NCBI GenBank assembly: GCA_904063045.1
Contig: CAJFCJ010000001.1
Span: 744,001-808,000, forward strand
DNA: 64,000 nt
From: Dimorphilus gyrociliatus
Taxonomy: Eukaryota > Animalia > Annelida
Direction: 5' to 3'
This document shows, in pieces, positions 10,660 through 26,588 of this stretch. Numbering within the stretch: the first letter of the stretch is position 1; each line of letters begins with the position of its first letter. The position numbers and the translations under genes are program-made. The notes beneath the pieces were generated by a model. The model did no database searches. It was not told the DNA's origin and saw only the letters and a program-made list of their open reading frames with translations.

Positions 10660-13600
10660 ATGTCTACTAAACGACTACAAAGTAATTTACAAATCCCTGC
10701 ATCCGTATTTGTTCAGGATAATGATCAAGATAGGAGAAATAAAAATACTCTTGATGAAGATATTATACAAATCCCTGGCGATATTACATCTTACAATCGT
10801 ACATCAATTGATAAAGAATTCGTTCAGAGATTTCATGAAAATAGAAACTTATATAAGCCAGTTTGTTAAAAAAAAAATAATGCTTTTATTCTATATATAA
10901 TTAGAGTTTATAATTTTTGTTCAGTGTTTAGTATCTTTAAATTATCCACCAGCAAATCCTATATCGGAGGAGTATGAACTTAAAAATGTTGAATTCAAAC
11001 AACTAAATCACACGTGTTCTATGATGGCTTCGAATAATATGACTTTTTTAATTAATGCTTCTTTCGCTGATCTTGTACGTAAATTAATACCACCAATCTA
11101 TTCAGATCTGGCGATAGTACGTTCCATATTTGTGTTTTGCTGTTCTATTGACCTAAACTCTTTAATGGAAGAGATTTTACCTATACCAATTGAGGATTCT
11201 CCTCTAGAGTGCCTATGGAATGTCTATGGAAAAAGAGCTAGCATGGCGGGATTTTTTTCAAGATTATGCAGACATACTCCTGTTCCCGTTAAGGTAAAAT
11301 AAGGACCTTAGTTTAAAGTATAACAATAAAACTTAGGCGAATTTTGACACCTTTAGATAATAACGGGAATAGCTAAAAATCGCAATTGTTGCTTTGCTTT
11401 AAATGATATAAATGTTAAAACAGCATCTTGCCAATGGAATGCTGTTTTTGTTAATGAAGCTTGGAGACTATTAGACGTAGTATGGGCTTCTAGGAAGAAG
11501 GATATGGAAAAGGAAGATAATTGGAAATTAATTCAAATGAATGGAGAATCTGTAACGGACGAAGACTTCGACTTTATGGTATTTATTGGCTGTTAACATA
11601 TTTAAAAAGAAACTTCTTTTCATTGATTTTTATTGATAAAAATCGTAAAGACAGAAACTTCTATCCAAAATAAGGATTTTTTCATGAAAAAGCATATTAA
11701 TGAATTCTTCTTTTTAACTTCTCCGAAAGAGTTCTTAGCAACTCATTATCCTTGTTTAAGGTGTTGGCAATTAGTTACTCCCACAATATCAATAAAGCAA
11801 TTTCAAGCAAGACCATATATTAGAGAGAGATTCTTCGATATGAAGTTGGCTTGTAAATCTTCCGACAATCGTATTCTTAAAACAGATGAAGGAGAGCTAA
11901 CTCTGACGTTCGATCTACCTTTTGAATCAAATAGGAGTAGCTCAATAACTTATGATTTTGTCGTAAGTTTTCGTAAATAATGAAATATAAGGCCTTATAG
12001 ATAAGAATTATTTACAAATATTAGTGGTTATTATATGATTTGGAAAAGCACTACGTTCTGGAAGACACTGCCCTAATCTTCCATAAAAAAACAAAAAAAC
12101 AGCTTATCTATCACATGATGTTCACCAGGCGAGGTTTCTATAGATGGGATCTTTTTGGAATGGAAAAGAACAAGCACTCCAACATGGAATTATTGATTTC
12201 TTATTTTATAGATAATAAACATTCGGATCAGAGAACTGATCCTTTGAGTGAAAATCCAAAAATTGGCTGGGGTAGAGGAGTCTACGCTGATATAGGAGGC
12301 ATTCAGTTTGCAGCTCACGATAGTGCCGTGATAGCTATGGGTGAGAATAATTCTATAATTAATGCAATCAAAAGAAATCCATTGAATTTAGATTACTTTA
12401 ATTAATACTAAATTAGTCATTAAATCTTTTAACAGAGTCTGGATACCTACAAACAAATTTTGGTATCAAATCTCAAGTGCTGAAAGATAATTTCACTGCT
12501 AAAGTGCTTTTAAAAAATAATTCAATAGTAACAAGAGACTTAACAAAGTATATTGAACAAATAAGCTTTTAATTAATAACAAATTATAAAGGATTAAATG
12601 TGAAAAACTATAGCTACACATATTGCTGCTTCGTTAAAGAAAATTTGCAACTGAACGTTCGATTACCTTGTGCTGGAGAATATATAATGGAATTATATAC
12701 TGGAAAAGCCAATTGCCAGGAGACACTACTTAATTGCTGTAATTATGTTCTACAATGCGATAATATTTCAGTATCTGGCCTTCCATTTCCTAGCTTATAT
12801 GAAAGTGTTCTTGGTGCTAGACATCGTAATTGTACATTTGGAATTAAACCATCAGAAATTAGGGGAATATTAAGATCTGAAGAGAATTTTTTCTCATTAA
12901 AATTTAAGCATACGCCCGATGTTATTATATCATTAGAATTAACTTCAAATGAAGCCAGTAATTTGCCTTTAAAAATGATTACAGATCAATTAACTCAAGT
13001 ACGACTAGAAGGTTCGGTTCTTATTAATTAAAGTAAAACAAATTTGAGAATATCATTTGAAATTGTTTACCTGTCAGATAAAATGACCGTTTTTCAAATT
13101 CGAACCTTTTCCGACAAAGAATTTGGAGCTAATTTCTACGCTTATAAACAAGGCAGAGAAAATCGTTGCCTAAGACATATTGTGTCCTATCTATTACTTC
13201 CGTTTTCGATTGTCAGTGGAAATGGTAACATAAATTTGATATAATTTACTTCAAATTACCATAAATAGAGATATTATTTTTTTTATTTCTTATTAGAAAA
13301 TACTCAAAATGTTCAATTCGAAATTCCACCAAGAATACCATACAAACATATTGATGTTGATAGTGATCTTGTAATAATACCGCTATCGAAACAGTATTTG
13401 GAGCAAATGAATACTAATTGTACCGAATCGTTGTTGGAGTTCGTTATAGAGATTCATAATTCAGTTCACTATGATTCTTGCACAAATTTTCATATAAAAC
13501 ATTTTAATGATAATAAACCACATTTTGAATTTAGGTTATCTTTAGGTTTTGCTTCAAGATATAGAGAATTTAATTTAAATACAAGGTGTTTTTGAATAGG

Positions 13601-15073
13601 TTATGTTCAAACGGTCTTTACTACGTTGATATATTTATAAGGGACTTCCGTAATATTCTCACAAAAGTTCAAATGTATACAGTAAGGAGGCAAGATAAAA
13701 CAAAATCAATAGAGGAATCAATCAACTGTCTTAGGAAAATGACAAAAAGTCCATGTTTAGAAACAGGTTATGATAGCAACACTTCAAGTGAAAATTCTCA
13801 AGTTAAACAAGTTAAAAAAATCTCACCATACAAATCTAATTACAATTTTCCGAACCGTTCCGAAATAAAATCAGAAATATTAAATTTTATTTCAACACGA
13901 AAGTTTGTTAATAAAGTTTATGATCCAAATTGAAAATCTATGTTACTTTATATGTTTTTCAGAACTAGGAATAATTTGGGTTCTAAGAAACGACGTAAGC
14001 ATAAAATTGGATCAATAGAGACTTTATTAAATTGCCGTTCTGAAGAAGAAGTGCAGGTTTCATTCAATAAGGTTAATTATTAACGCAGTTAACGATGTCG
14101 ACTATTTATACTTTATAAAGGATTGGATTCATTATGTAAAAGCTGAATCTAGTTTGGAAGAAATAAGAAATATAATGATTAAGTTAAAAAATGAAACAAG
14201 CAGCGAATTGTTTAGAATACCATTTAACGTATTTAAAGAATATGTTCTTGAAAGCGGTTCGTGCGTTTACCAAACTTAAATTCATTATTAAATCTATGAC
14301 AAAATAGATATGAGAACAGCATTAAGAGATAGATGCCAGGTTCAATTACTTAATGTTGTAAGAAGGGGCCAAAAGTTGAAATCAGAGAATTTAGATAGTC
14401 TATTATTGGCATGTCAAAAATCTTTGGTTTGTAGACTTATACTAGAAACAAAAAACACAATTTTACTTTCTAATCTCTATATTATTCAAATTTATTCTCC
14501 TTAAAGTCTCAAGTTAAAATGCTTGAATCAGCTAGAGAGCATTTAGCTAAGCTAAAAATAAATAACTTTCTTGAACTGTTAGATGAATATCCACCTCCGC
14601 AACATGTACAAATCATATTAAACTGCGTTCTCATATTAATAGAGATACCAACTGATGGAAATTTAACAACATCTTCAGTATTTGAGATTCTTAAGAATTT
14701 AGTGGGAATGCAGGAAAGTAAAAATAGTTGGACAATAATCTATACATATATTCAAACAGTTGGAATTTCATTCTTTAAACAAAAGATTCTATCTGTTAGA
14801 CGAGGTGTTGCAAACTGTCAAAAGGCTAAATGTTTAAAGTTATTAAGTAATTTGAAAGAAGACGATTTATTTAATATGAATAATAGCGGTAAAGTAATCT
14901 TTAACTGGGTTTGTTTTTATTGTTTGTGTTTTTTATTACTATAAAAAAAAACAAAAATAACTTATTTATAGCTTATTGCTACGTTATGGAAACACACAAG
15001 TAGGAAAAACTTGCCTCATTGGCATATTGAGAACGAATTGGAAGATGATAAAGACGCTAACAAATCATTCTAA
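10660..15073 (+). CDS. KY/hillarin-like protein: inactive transglutaminase-like core, KY Ig-like repeats, helical repeats and a C-terminal dynein-MTBD-like domain (multi-exon)
   Basis: SPLECL..FFSRLCRHTPVPVKIITGIAK..CQWNAVFVNEAWRLLDVVWAS..INEFFFLTSPKEFLATHYP..YIRERFF; VRLPCAGEYIMELY. All junctions could be joined in frame. Stop TAA at 15071-15073. Confidence 0.85.
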
Positions 15074-15620
15074 TTTGTCATGGTTATAAAAAGAAAACGT
15101 TTAATTACATATTATCTAGGTTTTTTATAATATTTTATAAAAATTTATTACGTATTATTTATTGACACTACTTTGTATTAAAAACTATAATAAAAACTAA
15201 TCTCAATCAACAACCTCAACTATAGTATATCCTTTCCTTAGTAATTGCGAATTGTTTCAGCATTTGATACGTGAATTACAAAAAGAAACGGCTAATTGTT
15301 TAGATGCTTTTAATTCTATATAAACGAATTCTATGAATAACTCTTTTAATATTTTGTTTTATTTTATACACTAATACAAATGTAAAATTCTATTTAATTT
15401 TTGACTGGTTCAAGTTCCAAGACGACTTTTCGTAAGTAGAAAAAAATTGAAATAATAACCTGTTAATAGTTGACAATTAAATATCGTTCAGCTTTTCTCA
15501 TAGTTTAATAGATATTTTCCTTTTTAGCGATAATTTTAGTGGAAGGAGTTGCTTGGATAAAACAAATAATTCATTAATATAAATGCTTAAATGTATATAT
15601 ATTTGTTATTTATTTAAAGA

Positions 15621-16781
15621 ATGAAAAAAATACGAGGTGTAAAATGCTGGGCTACATCGATCCTGTCTATAGCCGCCTTTTTGTTGTTATTCAAAATATT
15701 CCTTGAGAAACCTCCAATCAAAATAATAATAAATACGGGAAGCTCAGCAGAAACGGTATTTAAGAGGAATACTACTCTTTTCCCCAAAGAATCCATAGTT
15801 AATTTGACTAAGAGTAAGATGATACCGAAATGCGACGAAAATCTCTGTAAATTCTTAAATTACTATCCATCGATAACAGTTAATCGAAAACCTGCATGTA
15901 ATGGAACATTAGAGTAATTATAATCTTTTTTTAAATTTAATTACAAATCATAAATCTTCATTAAACTATTTCCATTGTCATTATGATTATTTTACAGAGA
16001 TTTACTGACAGTGATTGTCAAGACAAAAGGACGTTTATCTTATGTAGGAAAATTATTATCATCTCTATTTCTATATTATCCAAATGTAAAGGTAATTGTA
16101 ATGGATGAGGAAAATACAAAATCCTCAAATATAGGTGAATGGAGAAGATTTGAAAATTTTGAGAATATTTTACATGTTAAAATTGGTTCAGGAGTTGGAA
16201 GAGGACGTCAGCATGGTTTAAAATTAGTAAAAACTCCTTTTTTTTTTACAATAGACGATGATATTACACTAATAAAGTTTTCCCATATCGAGAAACTAAT
16301 AAACGTTTTGTTATATACAAATATATCTTTATGTGGAGCCTACATCGAACCAAAATACAATTATGATGGTCTAATAAGATCGTGGAATAATAGTGTATAC
16401 ATTTATCCAAACTTATATTACGATTCGATACGAAATTTCAAAAATTGTTATACATTGGACTTTGTAAAAAATGTTTTTGTTGCCAAGACAAAAGATGTAA
16501 TAGAGGCTGGAGGATGGGATACAGAAAGGGACTTGTATGAACACGAAGACTTCTTTATAAACTTTAAAAAATCTGGAAAGATTGTAGCTCAATGTTTAGA
16601 TGTAATTGTTAAACACCAGGATGTAGATAGGACTTTAGCAGTAGATAGACAAAGGAAATTTAAATATTGGAATGAAAAACTTAAAACAAAATGGAAAATT
16701 AATGGAATATATTTTTGCAGACCGGAGGCTTATTGGCTAAGTTATTTTTGCCCTGAAGATATGAAAAAGGGATTACTTTAA
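15621..16781 (+). CDS. Type II membrane glycosyltransferase, B4GALNT1/2-like (GT-A fold), 2 exons: 15621-15913, 15998-16781
   Basis: N-terminal TM anchor; LTVIVKT..LFLYYPNVKVIVMDE; GRQHGLKLVKTPFFFTIDDD (DxD motif); LDFVKNVFVAKT; WD..LYEHEDFF. This parallels the B4GALNT catalytic domain. Confidence 0.8.
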
Positions 16782-16810
16782 TAATATGAAATATACGTTG
16801 TTCCTATATG

Positions 16811-16832
16811 GAGAGAGAGAGAGAGAGAGAGA
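16811..16832. repeat. (GA)11 microsatellite
   Basis: Direct reading. Confidence 0.95.
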
Positions 16833-17508
16833 AAAAAATAAGGTTGAAACATCTATTTTTATATCATCTGTATTAGCTAGTTTGATAGAGCAAAACCCTA
16901 TTAGTAGCGGAAAAGACTTAGATATAAAGGGAAATTAAAACTTTTAATCTCACTACATGAAAGATGGAGCCACTGTTTTACATCAACTTTAGCGTTACCA
17001 TTTCAGTTTCGTCAGTAAGCATGTGAAAATTCTGTGATCATATTGCATACAAAATTCGTTCTTAATTTATTTAAGTTTTCCACTATAGTTAATAGATCCT
17101 TTGTTAAATATATTATAAAAAAGTAATTTTTCATTACTTCTAATAAGTGCATAACTTAATTAGAATGTAGGTTGTTCTAGACAGATTGTAGCTGTTTGAG
17201 ATAAATAACATTTCGAAAGCATTGCTCCAGAATTGTGTTTGTTTCAAAATCGATTAATATTCAAGAGGCATAATTGAGGACAAATAGCTACTCAAAGACA
17301 ATGCGAAATCGACTTAACAATTGCGTTAAAAGATATTTAATAGAAAATGTACATTTGAACACTAATCAGGACTTGAATAAATTTTAATGACAAGAAATAT
17401 GAATAGTAGTTAGCCGAATGAATGTATTGAAAGAAAACCTAAAGCAACCATGTACAATGGAAAGAATCAGGCTGTCGTCTGCTTTAGATAGAGTGCCTAA
17501 AATGAAAA

Positions 17509-17656
17509 GCCGCCATTTTGTATTTCTATATATTTATCTATATACCATAGGCTGACCTTGCTTGCCAATAGATGCGAAAGCTCTTAGTAGCACAAAAGTG
17601 ATATGCGAAATAGAATTCAAAATGGCGCCACCTGTTCAATAAAAGACCGCCATTTT
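17509..17656. promoter_or_regulatory. Cluster of three YY1-like motifs upstream of the HAD gene
   Basis: gccgccattttg 17509-17520, caaaatggcgc 17618-17628, ccgccatttt 17647-17656; 170-320 bp upstream of ATG 17825. Confidence 0.5.
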
Positions 17657-17824
17657 TTCCTTTTTTACAAGGTCAGTTAAAATTTCTCTCTCGATTATAG
17701 AGATATAACTTATGAAATTTCAGCAATAGAATATTGCCCGCCATACGCTAATCAGCCGATTTGTCCGTGTAGAGGCTGTTCCACGGCATTTTAATCGTAT
17801 TTTTCGCCCTTCTCCAAGGCTGAC

Positions 17825-20779
17825 ATGGCTTCCTCGGCTGAAAAAGTAAAGGCGAAAACCATCATACGAGAGCTAATATGCAAAGGCATAAAAATTTTGG
17901 CCTTTGATTTTGATAATACGATCGTCCGTGTACACACCGGTTTGTTGCTGTTTTTTTCATATTTACTTTTCTTTATATCTGGTTTTCTGGTTGTTAAGAC
18001 AAGTTAAAAGATGTTTGTAGGGATTTTAGAGATGTTGTACATAATGATTAAACGTAATAATTTTGCTTCTTTAAATAGCATTGATAAAGATCTCTTTATT
18101 ATATATTTTTAGCAAAATTTTATATTAAGAAGTCTTACTAAATAATTATAAAGTTAACTATAATATTTATCTTTAAGAAAAAAAAGATCCAAAAAAAAAA
18201 TATCATTGTAGGTTGAAAAAAAAATTTTTTTTTCAAATAAAAGCCCAAATGGTTGGTGTAAGGAAAAGATGTAAGAAAAGAAGTTAATATTCTAAAAAAC
18301 AACCGATAATATTCCCGTTTTTATTTCTCTTTCTTTTCACTTTAAAAACTACTCTTGAAAATTCCAGGGTAGCATGTTTTTTTTATTAAATATTCAATAT
18401 TTAAACAGAGAAAGAGAGAAAAGTTAATTTTTTTATATTACTGTAGCATTAGTGTTTACTTCTCTCCGTGTTCGGTTCTTTTGCATGTGTTTTATTACCT
18501 GGAGAGAGAGAGAGACACACACACACAAGAGGTAGGATAATTAGTCGAATTGAAAGAAAGCGATATTTTTTCTCTTTTTTCTTAAAAAGAATGAAAAATA
18601 TGCTTTAATTTATCTATCAACTTTCATTTGAAATCTTGACATCAATCTTTAATATAAAGAATAAATCGAAAAGTGTGAATTATTAAAATAACATATATAT
18701 ATTTCATATGAAATGAAACTATTTATTATAAGTCTTTGAAGTTTATATATAAAAAAAAATGGAATATCAAATCTAATAACGTTGAAGAGGATCGTTTAGA
18801 CAAATTCTTTCCGTTTTTTTGGTGCCACTTAATAGTAAAGTAACTGCACAAATTAAATTCTTTTTATGTTTGGGATTATTTTCAAAAGTCTTGTATAATA
18901 CTATATTTTCTTCTTTCGTCTGAAAAAATGGTTTTACAGCCTTTCTTCCCAAGGCACTTGTACACTTACAGTATACTGTATATATTGTATACACACATAT
19001 ATACAGTATATATATCATCGAATTTAAGAGCTTATTTTTAATCTGGTAAAAAATAAAGTAATCATTGTTAAAGGCCTAATCTTTGAATCGTTAGGTGTAG
19101 AGAGATCTATTATGCTTATGTAAGTATGAATGAATTCAATTTTTATTTTATCAAAAGAAATTCAATATACTACACTTCGCTTATGATTTACCTTTAAATG
19201 AACTTTTTTTGAGAGGTGTAAAAATTTGATAGGTTATTAATTTTGATTTATATAAGCCATGCAAAGTGCAGATCACCTATAGCTTTTATTCTTTTGGAAT
19301 TTTTACCAAATAGTTAAACGGACGACGATTCTAGGCTCTTAAACTATTTTCTCATTCTATCTTTCTAGTCCTTTTTCTCTCCTTTCTATTCTCACTGTAT
19401 CTCTCTCTGTAGTTCTCTTTATCTCTTTCTTTTCTCTCTTTCTCTCTCTTTTCTATCAGTCTCTTGCTTGTTATTTCATACTTTTTAAAGGGAAAAAAAA
19501 GGGTTGAAACTTTTGAAGACAATATTTCATTCATTTGTAGGTCTTTTCTTGAAAGTACTACTCGGTATATAATGTTAACTTTTTTATGTTGTTTATTATC
19601 TAAAATTAATAATAAGATTACTTAGTAAATAATATCAGATTTTTTCCCCTACTATAGATTTTACTTTAACAGGAAAATATATATATTTATTAGTATATAT
19701 ATTAATTAATTAATCAATTATATTAACCATTTTCCAGAGGTCATATTATTACTATTACTATAAGAATATTATTCAATATATACATTAAAAACTATACAAA
19801 TATTACTATTTATGTAATGTACATTTTAGAATATATACTGTATATGTATTATTAAACGTCTGTGAAAAGAAGGATATGTAATAAATTTTTCTAATGATCT
19901 TAATCAGCTGTTTCAAGTTTATTACTGATTTAATATTAAAATATTTAAATGAAAAGAAATATTAATAATTTAGATCTTTCTTTATCAGAAACTTATCAAT
20001 TAATCTGCAAAAATAATGGGCTGGGGAGGTTATTGATGATTTTGCTTGATAGAATGATAAATTAGGGGTTAGGAGGGTGGAAAGAAGGATTGCACTGAAA
20101 GAATTTAAACTAGATTTTTGTTATTTTTTTTATTCAGGTGGAGAATGGAAGTCTAGTTTAGAAAAGTTAGAAGCGCAAATTCGACCCTGTATGAAAGAGT
20201 TATTATCAGCAGCCCTCGAATCCTCCTTACACGTCTGCATTGTGACATTTAGTGAGCAATTCAAACTTATAGAAGATTTAATGGCGTCTGCTTTTACCAA
20301 GTAAGTTAAAAATAATGCAGTATTTTTTATGAATGTAAATATTCGCCAGTTCTAAGAATATATCTTTTATGAAATATCCTTTGTAAATATACTTAGTAAT
20401 ATTCTTTTTAATGTGATTTCATAAAATTCTCATTAATCTTTACAGATATAATTACAAAAAAATACTTTTACGTTGTAACACAAAACATTGGCCAAGGGGT
20501 GAAGAGGGACATGGACCTTTACCACAAATAGCTATGATGACTCTAGGAAAGGAACAACATTTATCTTGGGTAGTTACTCAACTTTATCAAACCCATGGCG
20601 AACTAATAAAACCCCAAGAAATTTTACTGTTAGACGACGACGAACGAAACTGCAGAATCGCTAGAGAATTTAATCACAATTCGTTTGTTGTTACCGATTC
20701 GATTAATTTAAAGGAGTTTGCTGACTATGCTAAACAATTAGACGTGGATTTAGCTCCACCTGTTACAGTTTCATCTTGA
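17825..20779 (+). CDS. HAD-superfamily phosphatase of unknown specificity, 3 exons (about 17825-17939, 20119-20301, 20446-20779)
   Basis: Motif I AFDFDNT, motif II VTFS, motif III GKEQH, motif IV LLLDDD. Junctions are in frame; first intron is about 2.2 kb. Confidence 0.85.
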
Positions 20780-22122
20780 TAATTTTTTTGTTGTGTCTGG
20801 TTTTGTGAGCTTAGTTTTCTTTCTCTTTTTTTATGTTTAAAAGAAAAAAAAGAAACGGTGCTTACTTGACTAAAAGAGAAAAAAAAACTTGACTTTGGAT
20901 CTGCACCAAAAATTAAGTATGTTATAAGATAAAAAGAAAAAAAGCATCACATTTTGAAAAAAAATCCAGCATTTTTTGTTTGAAAAGAGAAACAAATATA
21001 TTTTTGTTACTGTAAATAAAAAAAAATTTCCTTTTTTCTATTATTGAACTTATGTAATGATTCGAAATTAGTATTTAATATTGTTATATATATACTGTAT
21101 AGTATATATAGAGCGAGATAGTAAAGAAAGAGAAAGAGTACTTGCCATATAATTATGATCTTCGAAAATTTTATATTAGTAAATGAAATACAAAATATCT
21201 AGAATATTACCATTTTTATAACAATTGTGTAAAAGATATAAATAGAAATAGTTCTGAAGAACTCTATACATACAGTATTTTACCTTATCTTTACAATACG
21301 CATACGTTCTATAAAGCAGCGTAACCCAATTAATGCAAATTTTTTTCAACAAAATAACATTCTATACCTGAAGACTGATGCAAGGAGTAGCTAGTAGTGA
21401 GATACTTTCAACCAGAAATGTTTTTTCTTTACATGATTAAGGTCACGTAGTCTAAACACAAGCTCTTTATCTTTATACGTTTACATATACGTAAGAAACG
21501 AGAACAATTAACACCCTATAGCGCACAATTTGCTTTCTACTGGATAGAATTTATTTGTAATTTCGATCAAAGAAAATGTCAAAACGGAACTTTAACACTT
21601 TTAATCATTATTCGTTTTTTTTTCTATTATAAGTGATTGATATTTAGTATTGGATCTAAAATTTACATTCTACTATCAAATATTCTGCAATTTTTTTACA
21701 CTAGGTCTAAGTCATTGTATGACTACCAAGATAATATGAATTTGAAAAGGAGTATAAAAAAACAAGTTCTGTAACATATAAAATGTATTTGAAAAAGATT
21801 TATTGAATATTTACCAAATGTCACCCCATTTGAAAATAGACTCTTTTAGATAAGCAAGAAAAAGAAACATTTACTTTTCAGTTTCTATACTTTCAATAGG
21901 TGTTAAACTAAGTTTTACTAATACACTTAATATTATTTGAAGAATCTTTTCTTCATCCATTGTTGAATAGCAATTATTTCAAATATATAGATTTCTAATG
22001 GTAATAGATAGCATTTATATTCTTTCTCTTTTATATATTTCTATCATTATTTCATTATTTTTCTGACAAACAAGATAAAAAGGAAAGAAAAAGTTATTGT
22101 ACTGATTGCAAACTGTACAATA

Positions 22123-22125
<3 letters not shown>

Positions 22126-22164
<39 letters not shown>
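22126..22164. repeat. (AT)19 microsatellite
   Basis: Direct reading. Confidence 0.95.
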
Positions 22165-22166
<2 letters not shown>

Positions 22167-23589
22167 TTGAGTGATATGATAATAGAAATATATTAATGAG
22201 ATATTTTTTATATGTAAGAAAAGAGAAAAATATAGAAAATACGTATTCATTATTATGTACTGCATTTATAAAAGCTAAAACTATAAATATACAGTATATT
22301 TATGTAATATATTATAAACATAGTACATTATAATATAATTAATTAATGTAATAAACATTAGTCTAAAAGTGATTAACGTTAAAAGAGCTTATTACATCTT
22401 CTATATTAAAAAAAAACAGTTTAGATGATGTATGGAAATTGTTACGTAAACATGAATCTGCCGAAGATTTTATTAAAAATGAAAGAAATGATAATAAATA
22501 TACTAGTTTTCATGTAGAATAGATTATGTAAAGCTATCTGTCTTCTCTAGATGGATAGTTCTTATTTGGTTTTTACATATTGCTAATAATCTCAAATATA
22601 ATTGGTCTTGTAATAAATAACTATTCGCAATCATATCCAATTACAGACAAAAACACGAATGAAGTATCAATTAAACGAACCGTTGCTAATTTTTTACTAA
22701 CATTTTCTGTTACTATCTGTGAATTAACACATTTAAACAATAAGCCTCAATGAATTATCTTTTTGTTTATTATTTAATTTTAACAACAGTGTTTAGTAAT
22801 TCTTAATTGGGTATTGAAACTAAGTGTATCAATGTATAAATATAATCTATTGCATGTTGACAACATGTGTAGGGTATCTAGATATATATCTAAATATGGT
22901 ATATGCAATCTTTAAACGAGATTTCGACATGGTTATATCGAAAGTAAATACAATACCTATTAATTATTATACACAATAAACTGCATAAACTCATATTCAT
23001 TCCAAAAAATAGTTATGTATTTAAGCATTCAACTCAATATTGTAAATTGTTAAGGAAAGCCAATGTACACAACTGATTCATAAGTTATTTCAAGAAAATA
23101 TATAATAACAAAAACCCATCTCTTAAGGTGGTATAAATACATTATTTAAAGTCTGTTACAATATGGAAAAAAAGTCTTTTTCTCATTTCCAAGGCTACTT
23201 TGATTATATTTTTAAAATGGAAACTATATTACTTTAGACTAAATAATGAAATTTCTATTGCAAGCACGCAATACCAGAATTACTTCTATTTATTAACTTT
23301 GATCATTGTTTATTCTAGTGTAAAATTTGACAGTGTTTTTTTCACTAAAGCTTTCACTTTTCTTCTGAATTGCAAATATTTCTTAGAAATTATGCATAAT
23401 ATTGAATTATTAACATATATACTGATATATAAAGACAAAAAGATATTTGTTTGTCTGATAAGGTAATCAAAAATTTCTCTTTTATGGAAAAATATTGAAA
23501 GAATATGGGAGAATAATTAATAGAAAATCAGGGAGAATAAGGATTCAAAGAAAGAGAACATTATTAATTTATTGCTAATATAATAGAAA

Positions 23590-25832
<2,243 letters not shown>

Positions 25833-26588
25833 CTTTGAGTTCTTTAGAAAAAATGGTGGACCTCTCTAGCGAAGAGTGAAAAAAGTAGGTCTTACGTATT
25901 TTTTGGCGTATGACTGTAAAGTTCAAATACTGTACCTTTTCGATCAAAGGTTTTGCCGCAATAGGATCGCCATCTACAGTTCATTTTTATAACCAAATAG
26001 CAATTTGCGGAAGAAGTTTATAAATGAAGTTAATCATTGACAAAGCTGACTAACGAAGAAGATAAACTGTTAAAATTAAAATTTCTAAGCTTTTTCTTCT
26101 GTTTCGGAAACTAGTGTACATTCTTTAGTATTGATTTCCTTCGGTTTGATCGGAAGTGATGTTCCTATATAAAAGTTCCCTCAAGTCGAAAAGACAATCC
26201 TTTTCAAGAAGAAAAAATAAACTTCAAGAGAAAGGAGCATACTTTAACTAATTGAGGAAAAGTAAAAGACTAGAATGGTTATAAAAACTTAATATTTTTT
26301 AGTCATAAGAAACAAAAACAAAACAAGTAGATAATTAATATTCAAATAACCTTATTAAGATCTTGAAGTTATATTCAAAAATACAAAATGTAAACAATAC
26401 ATAAAATTACTCATTGACAAAATAAAAAGTAATCAATCCTACTTGATTGTTTTCTTCTTGACAAATATAAAAACAACTATGATTAAAAAGTATAAAACAA
26501 ATTTTCCTTCTCAGGTTTTTCTTGCTTTTTTTTTCTTAGTTTTCGTGTTTGTTTTTGTTTTTTTTAAAAAAAAGAACAAATTTATTTA

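Noticed and set aside
12548-12613. Apparent frameshift in the KY-like gene
   Set aside because: Resolved by the acceptor at 12612-12613 (66-bp phase-2 intron), giving RDLTNYTYCCFVKE in frame.
21180-21960. Chain of donor- and acceptor-like sites on the minus strand resembling a micro-exon gene
   Set aside because: No combination I tried gave an open, recognisable frame; one candidate exon is blocked in all three frames.
22420-22522. Short protein-like plus-strand segment LDDVWKLLRKHESAEDFIKNERN
   Set aside because: 34 codons, with no linkable upstream exon and no family motif.
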